From the sequence record MT612989.1: a stretch of 64,000 bases of DNA; one strand, 5' to 3'. Made by a program: the position numbers and the translations under genes. Under the pieces are notes generated by a model that was not told the DNA's origin, made no database searches, and worked only from the letters and a program-made list of their open reading frames with translations. The stretch's first letter is position 1; each line of letters begins with the position of its first letter. Positions 54,944 to 63,235 of the stretch are shown one piece after another.

Positions 54944-57177
54944 TTGACCTCTCTTGTGAAATTACCTTTCTTGGCAAATTTAATATGCTTATCGAACATG
55001 CTTTGTTCATGCTTCTCACTGTGTGAGATAATAAACACGTTATCTTGAATACTGCTCAAGATTTGGTTGATAGAATCAACCCCATCAGTATCAGCAGCCG
55101 AATCAAATACTTCATCGAGTACTAATAGGTTGGTCATTGAGCCTGTACGAGCACTTACTAAGTCACGAAACGCGAATAGCAATGCCAAGTCAATACGACA
55201 ACGTTCGCCTTGAGAGAATGACGTGTAACTAAAGTCGTCACGACCACGAGATTTAATCGTCTCGTTGAATTCTTCATCAAGAACAAAGTTGTAGTTTGCA
55301 TTCATGGTCTTCAAGTAGTCATTGATATACTTGTTGATCATCGGAATGTACTGGCGAACGATCATCGACTTCACGCCGTCATCTTTCAATAATGTACCAA
55401 CGATGGTACGACAGTGCTTAGTCTGCAAATCATTTTGCAAGCCTGCCTTCACTTCACGAACTTCAGCAGTCAGTTTCTTGATCAGCGCCGAGCGGTCTTC
55501 CGTTGCAGCTTTCGCTTTTACGTCTTCAATGTCTGCATTGATAGTCGCAATCTTGGACGTCAAGTTCTGCTCGTTAGTTATTGCTTTCGCTAATTCAGCT
55601 TTGTCTTTAGCGATGTTATTCGCTAATTCTTCGCGTTCACTCGCACCCTTATCGGTCAATGACGCTTTGATGTCAGCAAACTGCGCAACTGATTCTGCAC
55701 GAGCTTTAGATTGTTCTTCACGTAACAACGTCAGTGTATCGTTGAAAATACTGGTTTTCTTCGACATTTCTTCACGCTGCGCTTCGATTACTTCAGCACG
55801 CTTCTCTGATTGCTTTTTAACAAGCACAGAACGCTCTGTACGCTGTTTCTCATCTAAATCTGAACGTTCACTCGCACGAGTGCTAATATACTCACTACGA
55901 GCTTTAGACTGCGCTTGAGCAGCACGAATCTTTTCAGCAAGTGCTTTGCTTTCTTCAGTAAGAGTTGCGATCTGCGAATCAGCCATATCAATGACACTTT
56001 GCGCGAAATCAGACGAAATTGTTTGCTTACACGTCGAACATTCACAGTCACCGTTCTTCTCGAAGAATTCTTTATTCTCTTTGAGCTTCGCGATTTCTTT
56101 CTTGTTGCTCAACACCGTCGAAGTATCAGCAGCAATAGCATCAGCATCGGGTGCTTCTGGTGTGTTTTTCTCGGTCTCTTTATCGAAATCAATCAATTCT
56201 TGTGAGTGTTCTTTGTCGAGGTCGAGAACTTCTTGTTCATTCAGCTCGTCGATTACGTTCTGTTCGCTTGTTTGCTTAGCCTTGAGTTCATCAAGTTCTT
56301 CTTTCTGTTTAGATTCGATCTCGTTGATATTGGCACGGTGCTCAGAATCTAACGCAGCAAGTTCAGTTTCGTGCTCTTCTTCTGCCGCTGACAGTTCAAA
56401 ATCAAGCTTCTGTTTCAGATCACGTAGAATCTTGCTATCGCCGCTGATTTGATTTTCAAGCTCTGCGATTGCAATACCAATAGGTACAAGCTCTGCTTCA
56501 GCTTCTTTCTTACGCGCTTCAAGTTGAGCAAGATCACCATCACGGTTATCTTGCTGTTCTTTCTGAAACTGAATGTGTAGTTTAAGCTCACCCATTCGAC
56601 GTTCGATTTCAGCTTCGGTATCTTTGATCTTCTCATTGAGTTGTTTCAGCGCAACTTTGTTCAACGCTGCCATATCACTGAAGATACCGATATCAAGCAA
56701 GTCTTCTACAATCTCACGACGTTTACCAGCAGGTAAAAGCATAAATGGTGTATAACCCGCTGTGCCTAGCACCGCAATCTGTTTAAACGTGCTTAGACTC
56801 ATTTTCAAGATGTTCTTTTCGAGCATGTCTTGATAATCAGCAACAGCAGCTTCTTGCGGGATTAGTTCATCGTCTTTGTAGATTTCGAACTTGTTTGGTT
56901 TAATACCGCGAATGATTTTATAAACATGCTTATTGTCTTGAAATGTAATTTCAACCAATAGCTTTTTCTTATTCACGGCGTTGACTATCTGAGTCTTTTT
57001 GATATTACGGAATGGTTTACCGTACAACGCGAAACAAACTGCTTCGATAAACGTCGATTTACCAGCACCGTTTGTACCAGTAATCAATGTCTTATTAAAC
57101 TCAGATAAATCTACTGTAATAGGCGTGTTGCCTACTGACATGATATTACTATATGTTACGTCTTTAAACTTAATCAT
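54940..57177 (-). CDS. 46: Recombination ATPase gp46 (Rad50/SbcC-like), long form
   Basis: GTNGAGKST, Zn hook CSTC, signature FSQGE, LVLDEVFD, IISH; 745 aa. Confidence 0.96.
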   Translation of the reverse strand: MIKFKDVTYSNIMSVGNTPITVDLSEFNKTLITGTNGAGKSTFIEAVCFALYGKPFRNIKKTQIVNAVNKKKLLVEITFQDNKHVYKIIRGIKPNKFEIYKDDELIPQEAAVADYQDMLEKNILKMSLSTFKQIAVLGTAGYTPFMLLPAGKRREIVEDLLDIGIFSDMAALNKVALKQLNEKIKDTEAEIERRMGELKLHIQFQKEQQDNRDGDLAQLEARKKEAEAELVPIGIAIAELENQISGDSKILRDLKQKLDFELSAAEEEHETELAALDSEHRANINEIESKQKEELDELKAKQTSEQNVIDELNEQEVLDLDKEHSQELIDFDKETEKNTPEAPDADAIAADTSTVLSNKKEIAKLKENKEFFEKNGDCECSTCKQTISSDFAQSVIDMADSQIATLTEESKALAEKIRAAQAQSKARSEYISTRASERSDLDEKQRTERSVLVKKQSEKRAEVIEAQREEMSKKTSIFNDTLTLLREEQSKARAESVAQFADIKASLTDKGASEREELANNIAKDKAELAKAITNEQNLTSKIATINADIEDVKAKAATEDRSALIKKLTAEVREVKAGLQNDLQTKHCRTIVGTLLKDDGVKSMIVRQYIPMINKYINDYLKTMNANYNFVLDEEFNETIKSRGRDDFSYTSFSQGERCRIDLALLFAFRDLVSARTGSMTNLLVLDEVFDSAADTDGVDSINQILSSIQDNVFIISHSEKHEQSMFDKHIKFAKKGNFTREVK

Positions 57178-57394
57178 TGGCTATTTCATCCCATCGGTCA
57201 ACTGCTTCTTCTTTAGTAGAACCATAGACGACTAGACTATGCTCAACGAAAGGAGGAGTGCGCTGATCATCATCGTCGTTGTCACATTCAACAATCCACG
57301 CTGTGAAACTACACCCATTTGCCATTACTGGCGCCTTATGAATAAACGGAAGTTTGCCGCAGATTTTACAAGGACTTACTAGTTCACGTTCCAT
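57170..57394 (-). CDS. Lar-like (restriction alleviation family) small protein
   Basis: SPCKICG...WIVEC...STKEEAVDRW. Confidence 0.45.
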   Translation of the reverse strand: MERELVSPCKICGKLPFIHKAPVMANGCSFTAWIVECDNDDDDQRTPPFVEHSLVVYGSTKEEAVDRWDEIAND

Positions 57395-58437
57395 TATGCA
57401 TTCTCCAAAGCTTCAGCACGAAGCGCCGAGAAGATAGATTTAACTTTCGTCTTAACATCAGTCGATTCGTCAAGCGTATCTGCATACTCAGCAACATAGT
57501 CGTCAATGTCTTTGATCGATTTGATGTCTTCAGCAACATCTTTCTTGATATCCAATTCATCAAGCGTTTGACACGCATGTGCGATTTGTGCAATACGGTC
57601 TTCGACGACATCAAACGAGATTTCTCGCTTGTCGCTTGAACGACGTTCAACGATAATCTTGACGTTACGGTTTTCATAGCTCGGGATTGTTTTCGGGTCA
57701 AACGTCTCGGCATCAAAGTAAAGCTTTGTATGCCAACAGTTAGGGTTCTCGATAAACTCCATTTCATGAGTTTCAGTATCGAACAACCAAAAACCACGCT
57801 TGTCGTCAGCATCTGCAAGTGTCAATGTATACGGAGTACCAAGATACTTGATGTTGCCTGCTTCAGACTGAGTGTGAAAGTGACCAGACCATACTTGCTT
57901 GTACTTCTTCAAGAAGCCAGCATCAAGACAGCCCGTTGCTTTCTGACCGCGATGAAATTCAAAACCATTTAGTTCGAAGTGACCGACACAGTATTCAGAT
58001 GTCGATTTTTTGATGAATTCATCGATTTCAACCGCATTTTCTTTACAAATCCACGGAATAATGTCGATTTTCACGCCATCAAACTCAACCGTTGTCGGTT
58101 TTTCATAGATAGTCACATCAGGGACAATGCTCAGTACTTCATACGGTGTATTAGGTACAATGCATTCACGCAAGTGCATGTCATGGTTACCCACTAGAAC
58201 GTGAGTGTCATATCCCTTCAGCATGCCATTTAGATACGTTCGCTGAAACATCAATGTTTCTTGAGTCGCACCGCGTCGAACATCAAACCAGTCGCCTAGC
58301 TGAATGATCTGTTTTACACCGCGCTCTTCAAGTTCAGCAAACATAAAATCGAAGAATTCTCGTTGGTAGTTTTGAACCCACAAGTCGTCATCTTTAATGC
58401 CGATATGTAAGTCACCAACCAGTGCTATTTTGCTCAT
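57394..58437 (-). CDS. 47: Recombination nuclease gp47 (Mre11/SbcD-like)
   Basis: GDLHIG, GDWFD, GNHD, GHFEL, SGHFH. Confidence 0.96.
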   Translation of the reverse strand: MSKIALVGDLHIGIKDDDLWVQNYQREFFDFMFAELEERGVKQIIQLGDWFDVRRGATQETLMFQRTYLNGMLKGYDTHVLVGNHDMHLRECIVPNTPYEVLSIVPDVTIYEKPTTVEFDGVKIDIIPWICKENAVEIDEFIKKSTSEYCVGHFELNGFEFHRGQKATGCLDAGFLKKYKQVWSGHFHTQSEAGNIKYLGTPYTLTLADADDKRGFWLFDTETHEMEFIENPNCWHTKLYFDAETFDPKTIPSYENRNVKIIVERRSSDKREISFDVVEDRIAQIAHACQTLDELDIKKDVAEDIKSIKDIDDYVAEYADTLDESTDVKTKVKSIFSALRAEALENA

Positions 58438-58943
58438 TTTTTCTCACTCGTAAGGTAAGTCACAACCGAAGCCCAATCAGGGAATTCGTCTGTGCCAAAG
58501 TGAATGTGTTCGCCCATAAACTCACCTGCACCGTTTTTAGTGCGGTCGTCGATGAGATAATGACCGAAGTTTAACTGCTTATTGTGTGACAAGATCAGTC
58601 GTTTGTAAGCGCCTTTACCTAAGTAACGCTCAACCCACAATCGTTTATCTTGCCATGCACCGGGATTATCCCACGGTGCGGTAGATAGTATATAGCAATC
58701 GAAGTGTTTGTTCAACATTTCAAATGCAGAAACTGCACCGTTGAGTGGTTTCATGTGAGCGAAAATACCCGGGCATTCATCGTAGCGACCTTCATATTGA
58801 TTGCGCTCCCATATTGAAAGAGCATCAATACCGCTTTTGAAGTCAACAAGCACATTGTCCATGTCAATGTAAACAATCGGCTTTGCTTTCTTAGCGCGAG
58901 TGATCGCACGAATCATCAATTTAACTACGTTCATAAGCTTCAT
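58434..58943 (-). CDS. 5'(3')-deoxyribonucleotidase (NT5C-type HAD)
   Basis: YIDMDNVLVDF, LSTAPW, LIDDR. Confidence 0.85.
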   Translation of the reverse strand: MKLMNVVKLMIRAITRAKKAKPIVYIDMDNVLVDFKSGIDALSIWERNQYEGRYDECPGIFAHMKPLNGAVSAFEMLNKHFDCYILSTAPWDNPGAWQDKRLWVERYLGKGAYKRLILSHNKQLNFGHYLIDDRTKNGAGEFMGEHIHFGTDEFPDWASVVTYLTSEKK

Positions 58944-59454
58944 TCTGCAAATGTTCCCGAATCTCTGTCAATCGGCTACAGAATTCTTGTACAGTTAAAA
59001 CCGTCTCTGCCTGCTTCTTACGCCCGATTGAATGAGTAAGGGTAGCTTTACCAGTAGCAAGCAGTGCCTTTTGAAATTTGACGTTCTGAGCCAACGCAGC
59101 GTACGCATCATCGAGTAACGATTGATAACCAACCGAACCTCTCTGAATCGGCTCACCTTGCCAATAAAGTGTCTGAGTGCGCTGCCAGTTCTTCTTTGCA
59201 CCGCGTGCTTTAGCAACTTTACCTACAAGCTTGCAGACTTCACGTTGCATATCAGGGTTTTTAAACTTCAGTGACTGAAGAAACCCTTCCATTGAAGCAC
59301 ATTCAACGCCACGCACAGTGAATGCGTGTGGCGCAAAGTTCGACAGCGCACTGGCTGGGTAACCAGCGCCTGATTTGATGTCCATTACTGACCCGCTTTC
59401 GCTTCTGCGAAAGAGCGTACGATAGTCAATACTTGTTCGCGACTTGTTTCCCAA
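58921..59454 (-). CDS. 30.3: T4 gp30.3-like (NADAR-related) protein
   Basis: ALSNFAPHAF...SMEGFLQSLKF, LYWQG, KALLAT. Confidence 0.8.
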   Translation of the reverse strand: MGNKSRTSIDYRTLFRRSESGSVMDIKSGAGYPASALSNFAPHAFTVRGVECASMEGFLQSLKFKNPDMQREVCKLVGKVAKARGAKKNWQRTQTLYWQGEPIQRGSVGYQSLLDDAYAALAQNVKFQKALLATGKATLTHSIGRKKQAETVLTVQEFCSRLTEIREHLQNEAYERS

Positions 59455-59735
59455 AGCGTCTCAAGCACATCGTCACCGACAGTTTGACCAGTAATAGAAC
59501 GCAGCTTACGAATTGCGTAGATATAACCCGCTTTGTTCTCTTCAATTAAACACTTTTCAGCGTGCTTACGCAGACGTTTAATCTCACGCGAGTTCTTTTT
59601 GATGCGTCGTTTAGCTTCTTTCTCAATCAAAGCACGGCGTTGAGCGTTAATCTGTTCGAGATATTCTTGTACCTCTTGATCATCGACTACATCAACAATT
59701 TCGTCGTCTTTAAGTAAATCTGGCTTTTCTTGCAT
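59385..59735 (-). CDS. a-gt.4-like protein
   Basis: KEAKRRIKKNSREIKRLRKHAEK...YIYAIRKLR. Confidence 0.65.
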   Translation of the reverse strand: MQEKPDLLKDDEIVDVVDDQEVQEYLEQINAQRRALIEKEAKRRIKKNSREIKRLRKHAEKCLIEENKAGYIYAIRKLRSITGQTVGDDVLETLWETSREQVLTIVRSFAEAKAGQ

Positions 59736-60196
59736 TACTGCTCCTTAGTATCGACCTGAATCTTTAAATGGTCGATGATGAATTGAAATTGTGTATGTGT
59801 TGAAAATGGAAGAATCTTACCATCTTTCTGAGCGTGAAGCTTCAGTTCATGACGATCTTCAGCAATCAATAGTGTATCGCGAGTATGCTCGACTTCTTGA
59901 AAGTCAGTGTACATTACATCAACGTTTAATTGCTTACCGAGCGTATCAAACCAAGCGCGTTGTTGTTCAGCAATAACCGAAACTTTGCTCAAAACGGCAA
60001 TGAATGAAATCTTTTGATTTAAGAGAAAATCAAGGACAGCAGTTGACGGTAGACGCTCATAAAGCTTGACTTCAATTGCTTTATTGAGTACGTTGTCACG
60101 CTCTTTTTTCTCAAGCTGGTCGATTTGAGGCGCACCTGCAATTGCAAACCCAAGAGTGTCATCAGATAGAATGTTGCTCGTTTCAATATAAATCAT
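59735..60196 (-). CDS. Hypothetical protein
   Basis: ORF track; promoter TATAAT at 60220-60225. Confidence 0.7.
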   Translation of the reverse strand: MIYIETSNILSDDTLGFAIAGAPQIDQLEKKERDNVLNKAIEVKLYERLPSTAVLDFLLNQKISFIAVLSKVSVIAEQQRAWFDTLGKQLNVDVMYTDFQEVEHTRDTLLIAEDRHELKLHAQKDGKILPFSTHTQFQFIIDHLKIQVDTKEQ

Positions 60197-60243
60197 AATG
60201 TTTCCTTCAATGTTTGAGTATTATATCTAACAAATACGAGCAG

Positions 60244-60510
60244 TTAAACTATTCGTTTTGCTCGTTTTGCTCGTTCTGTAAGTGCATCTGAGAATTCCGC
60301 TTCTAATGTTTCTAATGTATCGTCTAATGTTACAGTAACAACACACATAGAGTCAAGAAGAATAAATGTCACTTTTTCTTCGTCTGTCTTGATTGTTAAA
60401 TCTTCGTCAGGCATAATCATGAATTCTCGCGACCAGAATGCGAAAGACGTAGCAGGGCAGTCTAGCATATCACGTACAGTAGTAAGGCGAATTGATTCAG
60501 TAATCATCAT
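60244..60510 (-). CDS. Hypothetical protein
   Basis: First gene after promoter. Confidence 0.7.
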   Translation of the reverse strand: MMITESIRLTTVRDMLDCPATSFAFWSREFMIMPDEDLTIKTDEEKVTFILLDSMCVVTVTLDDTLETLEAEFSDALTERAKRAKRIV

Positions 60511-60547
60511 AATGTACTCTCTTTGTTTTCGTATCTCGTTTCGATAG

Positions 60548-60587
60548 AGCTATAATACGCAAAAAGGGTTGCCGAAGCAACCCTTTT
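60548..60587 (-). promoter_or_regulatory. Composite terminator/promoter cassette
   Basis: 40-bp exact copy of 45425-45464. Confidence 0.88.
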
Positions 60588-60604
60588 ATTCAAATAATTT
60601 CAAA

Positions 60605-61252
60605 TTATTTTGTCCAAACTACCGAAGCACCTGAACCAGATTTCTTGTAACCGTACTTTGAAAGGTCTGGAATACGTTGAAAGCTGTCTTTCGCTGTAAC
60701 TACACCGCGAGTAGCAATTTCTTTAGCCACGTCTCTTGTTGCATTACCTGCTTCAATCTGCATAGACAGATCTGGATATTCTTGAGCAATGAATTGCATC
60801 ATGATATCGTTTTTGCTTTTACCACTGATCACGTTCAACACAGTTTGAGTAATGTCAGTACCGCGAGTGATATGGAAAACTTTACCACGAGCACGAGACT
60901 CAACATCACGAATAATCTCTGCTTCGACTTCTTCAGGTACAACGTTCAGTACGTAAGAAGTAAACGCCGTATCGAATGATTCCCCATTTGGGATAGTCAG
61001 ACTGACATCAGTCCAACCATCAGCAGATGTACCATTGAATTTGTCATATGCATACGTTTTGATGCCTTCAGAGCGTAAAAATTCAGCGTTACGACCGTAT
61101 TTACCAGCACCATAGTCAAGAGCAGTACCACCCGGTGTAAACATACCTTTCTTGTATAGTTTAACCAGTGCTGCTACTTCTTTACCACGTATCGACGTTG
61201 CTGCGGAACTGTACTTTTGTACTTCAGTTAAAAATTCACCAAATTTCTTCAT
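60605..61252 (-). CDS. SAM-dependent (amino-)methyltransferase with capsid-targeting-like leader
   Basis: Start MKKFGEFLTE at 61252; ALDYGAGKYG motif I, AYDKF, TSYVLNVV motif IV-like. Confidence 0.75.
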   Translation of the reverse strand: MKKFGEFLTEVQKYSSAATSIRGKEVAALVKLYKKGMFTPGGTALDYGAGKYGRNAEFLRSEGIKTYAYDKFNGTSADGWTDVSLTIPNGESFDTAFTSYVLNVVPEEVEAEIIRDVESRARGKVFHITRGTDITQTVLNVISGKSKNDIMMQFIAQEYPDLSMQIEAGNATRDVAKEIATRGVVTAKDSFQRIPDLSKYGYKKSGSGASVVWTK

Positions 61253-61259
61253 TGTGCAC

Positions 61260-62705
61260 CTACTTAATATCAATATCAATCAGATAGTTCGTTGCGTTAA
61301 CGCTGAACTCAATCAAAGTACCGTCAACCGAAACGTCAACGCCGTTTTCAACGATGTTTTCCATCATCGAGTAAAGTGTTTCTTGATCAAGCATCGCTTC
61401 AGAGAAAGATTGACCAACCTTGAATGAACTGAACTGATCATTTGCAAGAGCACGAATCAGTGAATCAACATCATCAACCATTTCAGTCACTGGACGTAGA
61501 CTAGACATGATATTCGGGTGGAATACACGATTCGACTCAGCCATTGTTGAAAATGCAGTCACTGTTTGACGCTCAGGGGTAACACAACCATCGAACGATA
61601 GCATAGCTTCAGCAAATGCTTTACAGTCAAAACGTTTCACGCCTTTACGTTCCATCATCGCAATCATATCAAGAAGCGGGTAACCTGCTTCAGATAATTC
61701 AACGCGATATTCTTCACACACACGACCTGCACGCATAGCATGTTCCGCGTTTGTTAGAACAATACTTGTGTTGTTGTGTTTCAGCTTCCAACCGTTGTCA
61801 AAATACGCTTCTTTCACATCAACAAGATTTTGCCATGCAGTCGATGTCAGTGGCGCAGTCGCGATTTCTTTCGTGAAAACGTTCTGAGCATGTTCAATCA
61901 TGGTGATGTTCTGTTTCAGATCGTATGCTTTGAATCCTTCTAGCATCGGCAAGCCAGTATCGTCTTTACGTTCACGAGCGTATGATACGTCTTTCGCTTC
62001 TTTTACAATGAACAAGTCCATGATTTTACGGTTCAGTGCAGCCAATGTAAGTGCATTTTTACCAGACTTGATTTTCATCTCAGTGATGTCAGACAGTTCG
62101 GCTTTTGAATCAACCGATTCAACAGTCACATAAACGTCACCAAGCTCGATGTTTTCAGCCATTGACAGTATTTCAGATGCTGAATTGTCATCAATTGATA
62201 GCGATTCAATTACAAGCTTATCAGAATCAGCAAGATTAATTTTCATTTCACGCATAGGGAAAACAACGTGAATGTCATTTTTCTTATAACCAAGCTTAGT
62301 CGCTTCGGCAACAACCTGATCTAAGTAACCGCCTTTAATCACGATGCTAGGAAGACGAGCTTCAGTACACATGATCATAGACTTAACTTGCTGTAGCTCA
62401 TGTGCTGGCAATGATAAGAATTCGTTTTCCATAAGCAAGTTGATTGTGCTTACGTTCTCGCTCAGATTAATATCGAAGTTTTTCTCATCGACGTTTTTAT
62501 CTTCAGCAAGTTTAGTACTCATGATAGATTTAAGCTCATTTGCCTTTTCCATCATGCCGATAGTTGTTTCAACGCCTTTGCCTTTGCTGAACTCAGTAGA
62601 TGCAGTGCCTAGCTCAACAATAACTTGACCAAACTTAGGGTAGATTTTACCACCCTGAGTTTGACGGCGATTTTCACTCAGAAATGAGTCAAAGTTACCT
62701 AACAT
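61260..62705 (-). CDS. Large hypothetical protein with capsid-targeting-like leader and possible degenerate P-loop region
   Basis: MLGNFDSFLSE; YPKFGQVIVELG; LGYKKNDIHVVF. Confidence 0.7.
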   Translation of the reverse strand: MLGNFDSFLSENRRQTQGGKIYPKFGQVIVELGTASTEFSKGKGVETTIGMMEKANELKSIMSTKLAEDKNVDEKNFDINLSENVSTINLLMENEFLSLPAHELQQVKSMIMCTEARLPSIVIKGGYLDQVVAEATKLGYKKNDIHVVFPMREMKINLADSDKLVIESLSIDDNSASEILSMAENIELGDVYVTVESVDSKAELSDITEMKIKSGKNALTLAALNRKIMDLFIVKEAKDVSYARERKDDTGLPMLEGFKAYDLKQNITMIEHAQNVFTKEIATAPLTSTAWQNLVDVKEAYFDNGWKLKHNNTSIVLTNAEHAMRAGRVCEEYRVELSEAGYPLLDMIAMMERKGVKRFDCKAFAEAMLSFDGCVTPERQTVTAFSTMAESNRVFHPNIMSSLRPVTEMVDDVDSLIRALANDQFSSFKVGQSFSEAMLDQETLYSMMENIVENGVDVSVDGTLIEFSVNATNYLIDIDIK

Positions 62706-62714
62706 GTTAATTCC

Positions 62715-63227
62715 TTAATCGTAAAATTTCTGTAAGTTAAGTGGTTCTTTCTGTTCATCTGGTTGAGCTTTAGCAGTCTTGCCAGATTCGTAAGAATTGA
62801 CACGTTCTAACATCTGTTGAAGAAAATCGAAATCAGTTTCTTCACCATCAATCGAGTAGTTAGACGAATCACATAAGAATACTTTATATTTAATCGCTGT
62901 ATCTTTTCTTTCTTTCTTAATACGTTGTACAAACGCATTGAAGCAAATACGAGTGATATAAGCGTGTGGGTTGTTATACTTGTCAGTGTCGAAGTTCTTG
63001 ATATAGCGCAAGCAATGTTCGATTGCGTCACCAATCATCTCTTCTTTCCATGTTGCAGTATACCCACTAAAATTGTAACGCCGAGATAAATTCTCGCTGA
63101 TCTTCATGATGCTGATTGCTACCACGTCAGGGACGGGAATTGCAGCATCAGGGTGTTTCTTCATTTCGTTTTTCCATTCGCACAAAGATGCGTACAGAGC
63201 TTTATTATCTACATAATGATTTTTCAT
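62715..63227 (-). CDS. 55: Late transcription sigma factor gp55
   Basis: HYVDNKAL, NFSGYTATWKEEMIGDA, NFDTDKYNNPHAYITRICFNAFVQRIKKE. Confidence 0.96.
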   Translation of the reverse strand: MKNHYVDNKALYASLCEWKNEMKKHPDAAIPVPDVVAISIMKISENLSRRYNFSGYTATWKEEMIGDAIEHCLRYIKNFDTDKYNNPHAYITRICFNAFVQRIKKERKDTAIKYKVFLCDSSNYSIDGEETDFDFLQQMLERVNSYESGKTAKAQPDEQKEPLNLQKFYD

Positions 63228-63235
63228 GTCACACC

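Noticed and set aside
53610-56452. Long plus-strand ORFs antisense to genes 45 and 46 (53610, 55322, 55946), and similar ones elsewhere (e.g. 12176, 15863, 44557)
   Set aside because: Shadow ORFs of well-supported minus-strand genes; Ser/Phe/Leu-biased, with no RBS or promoter.
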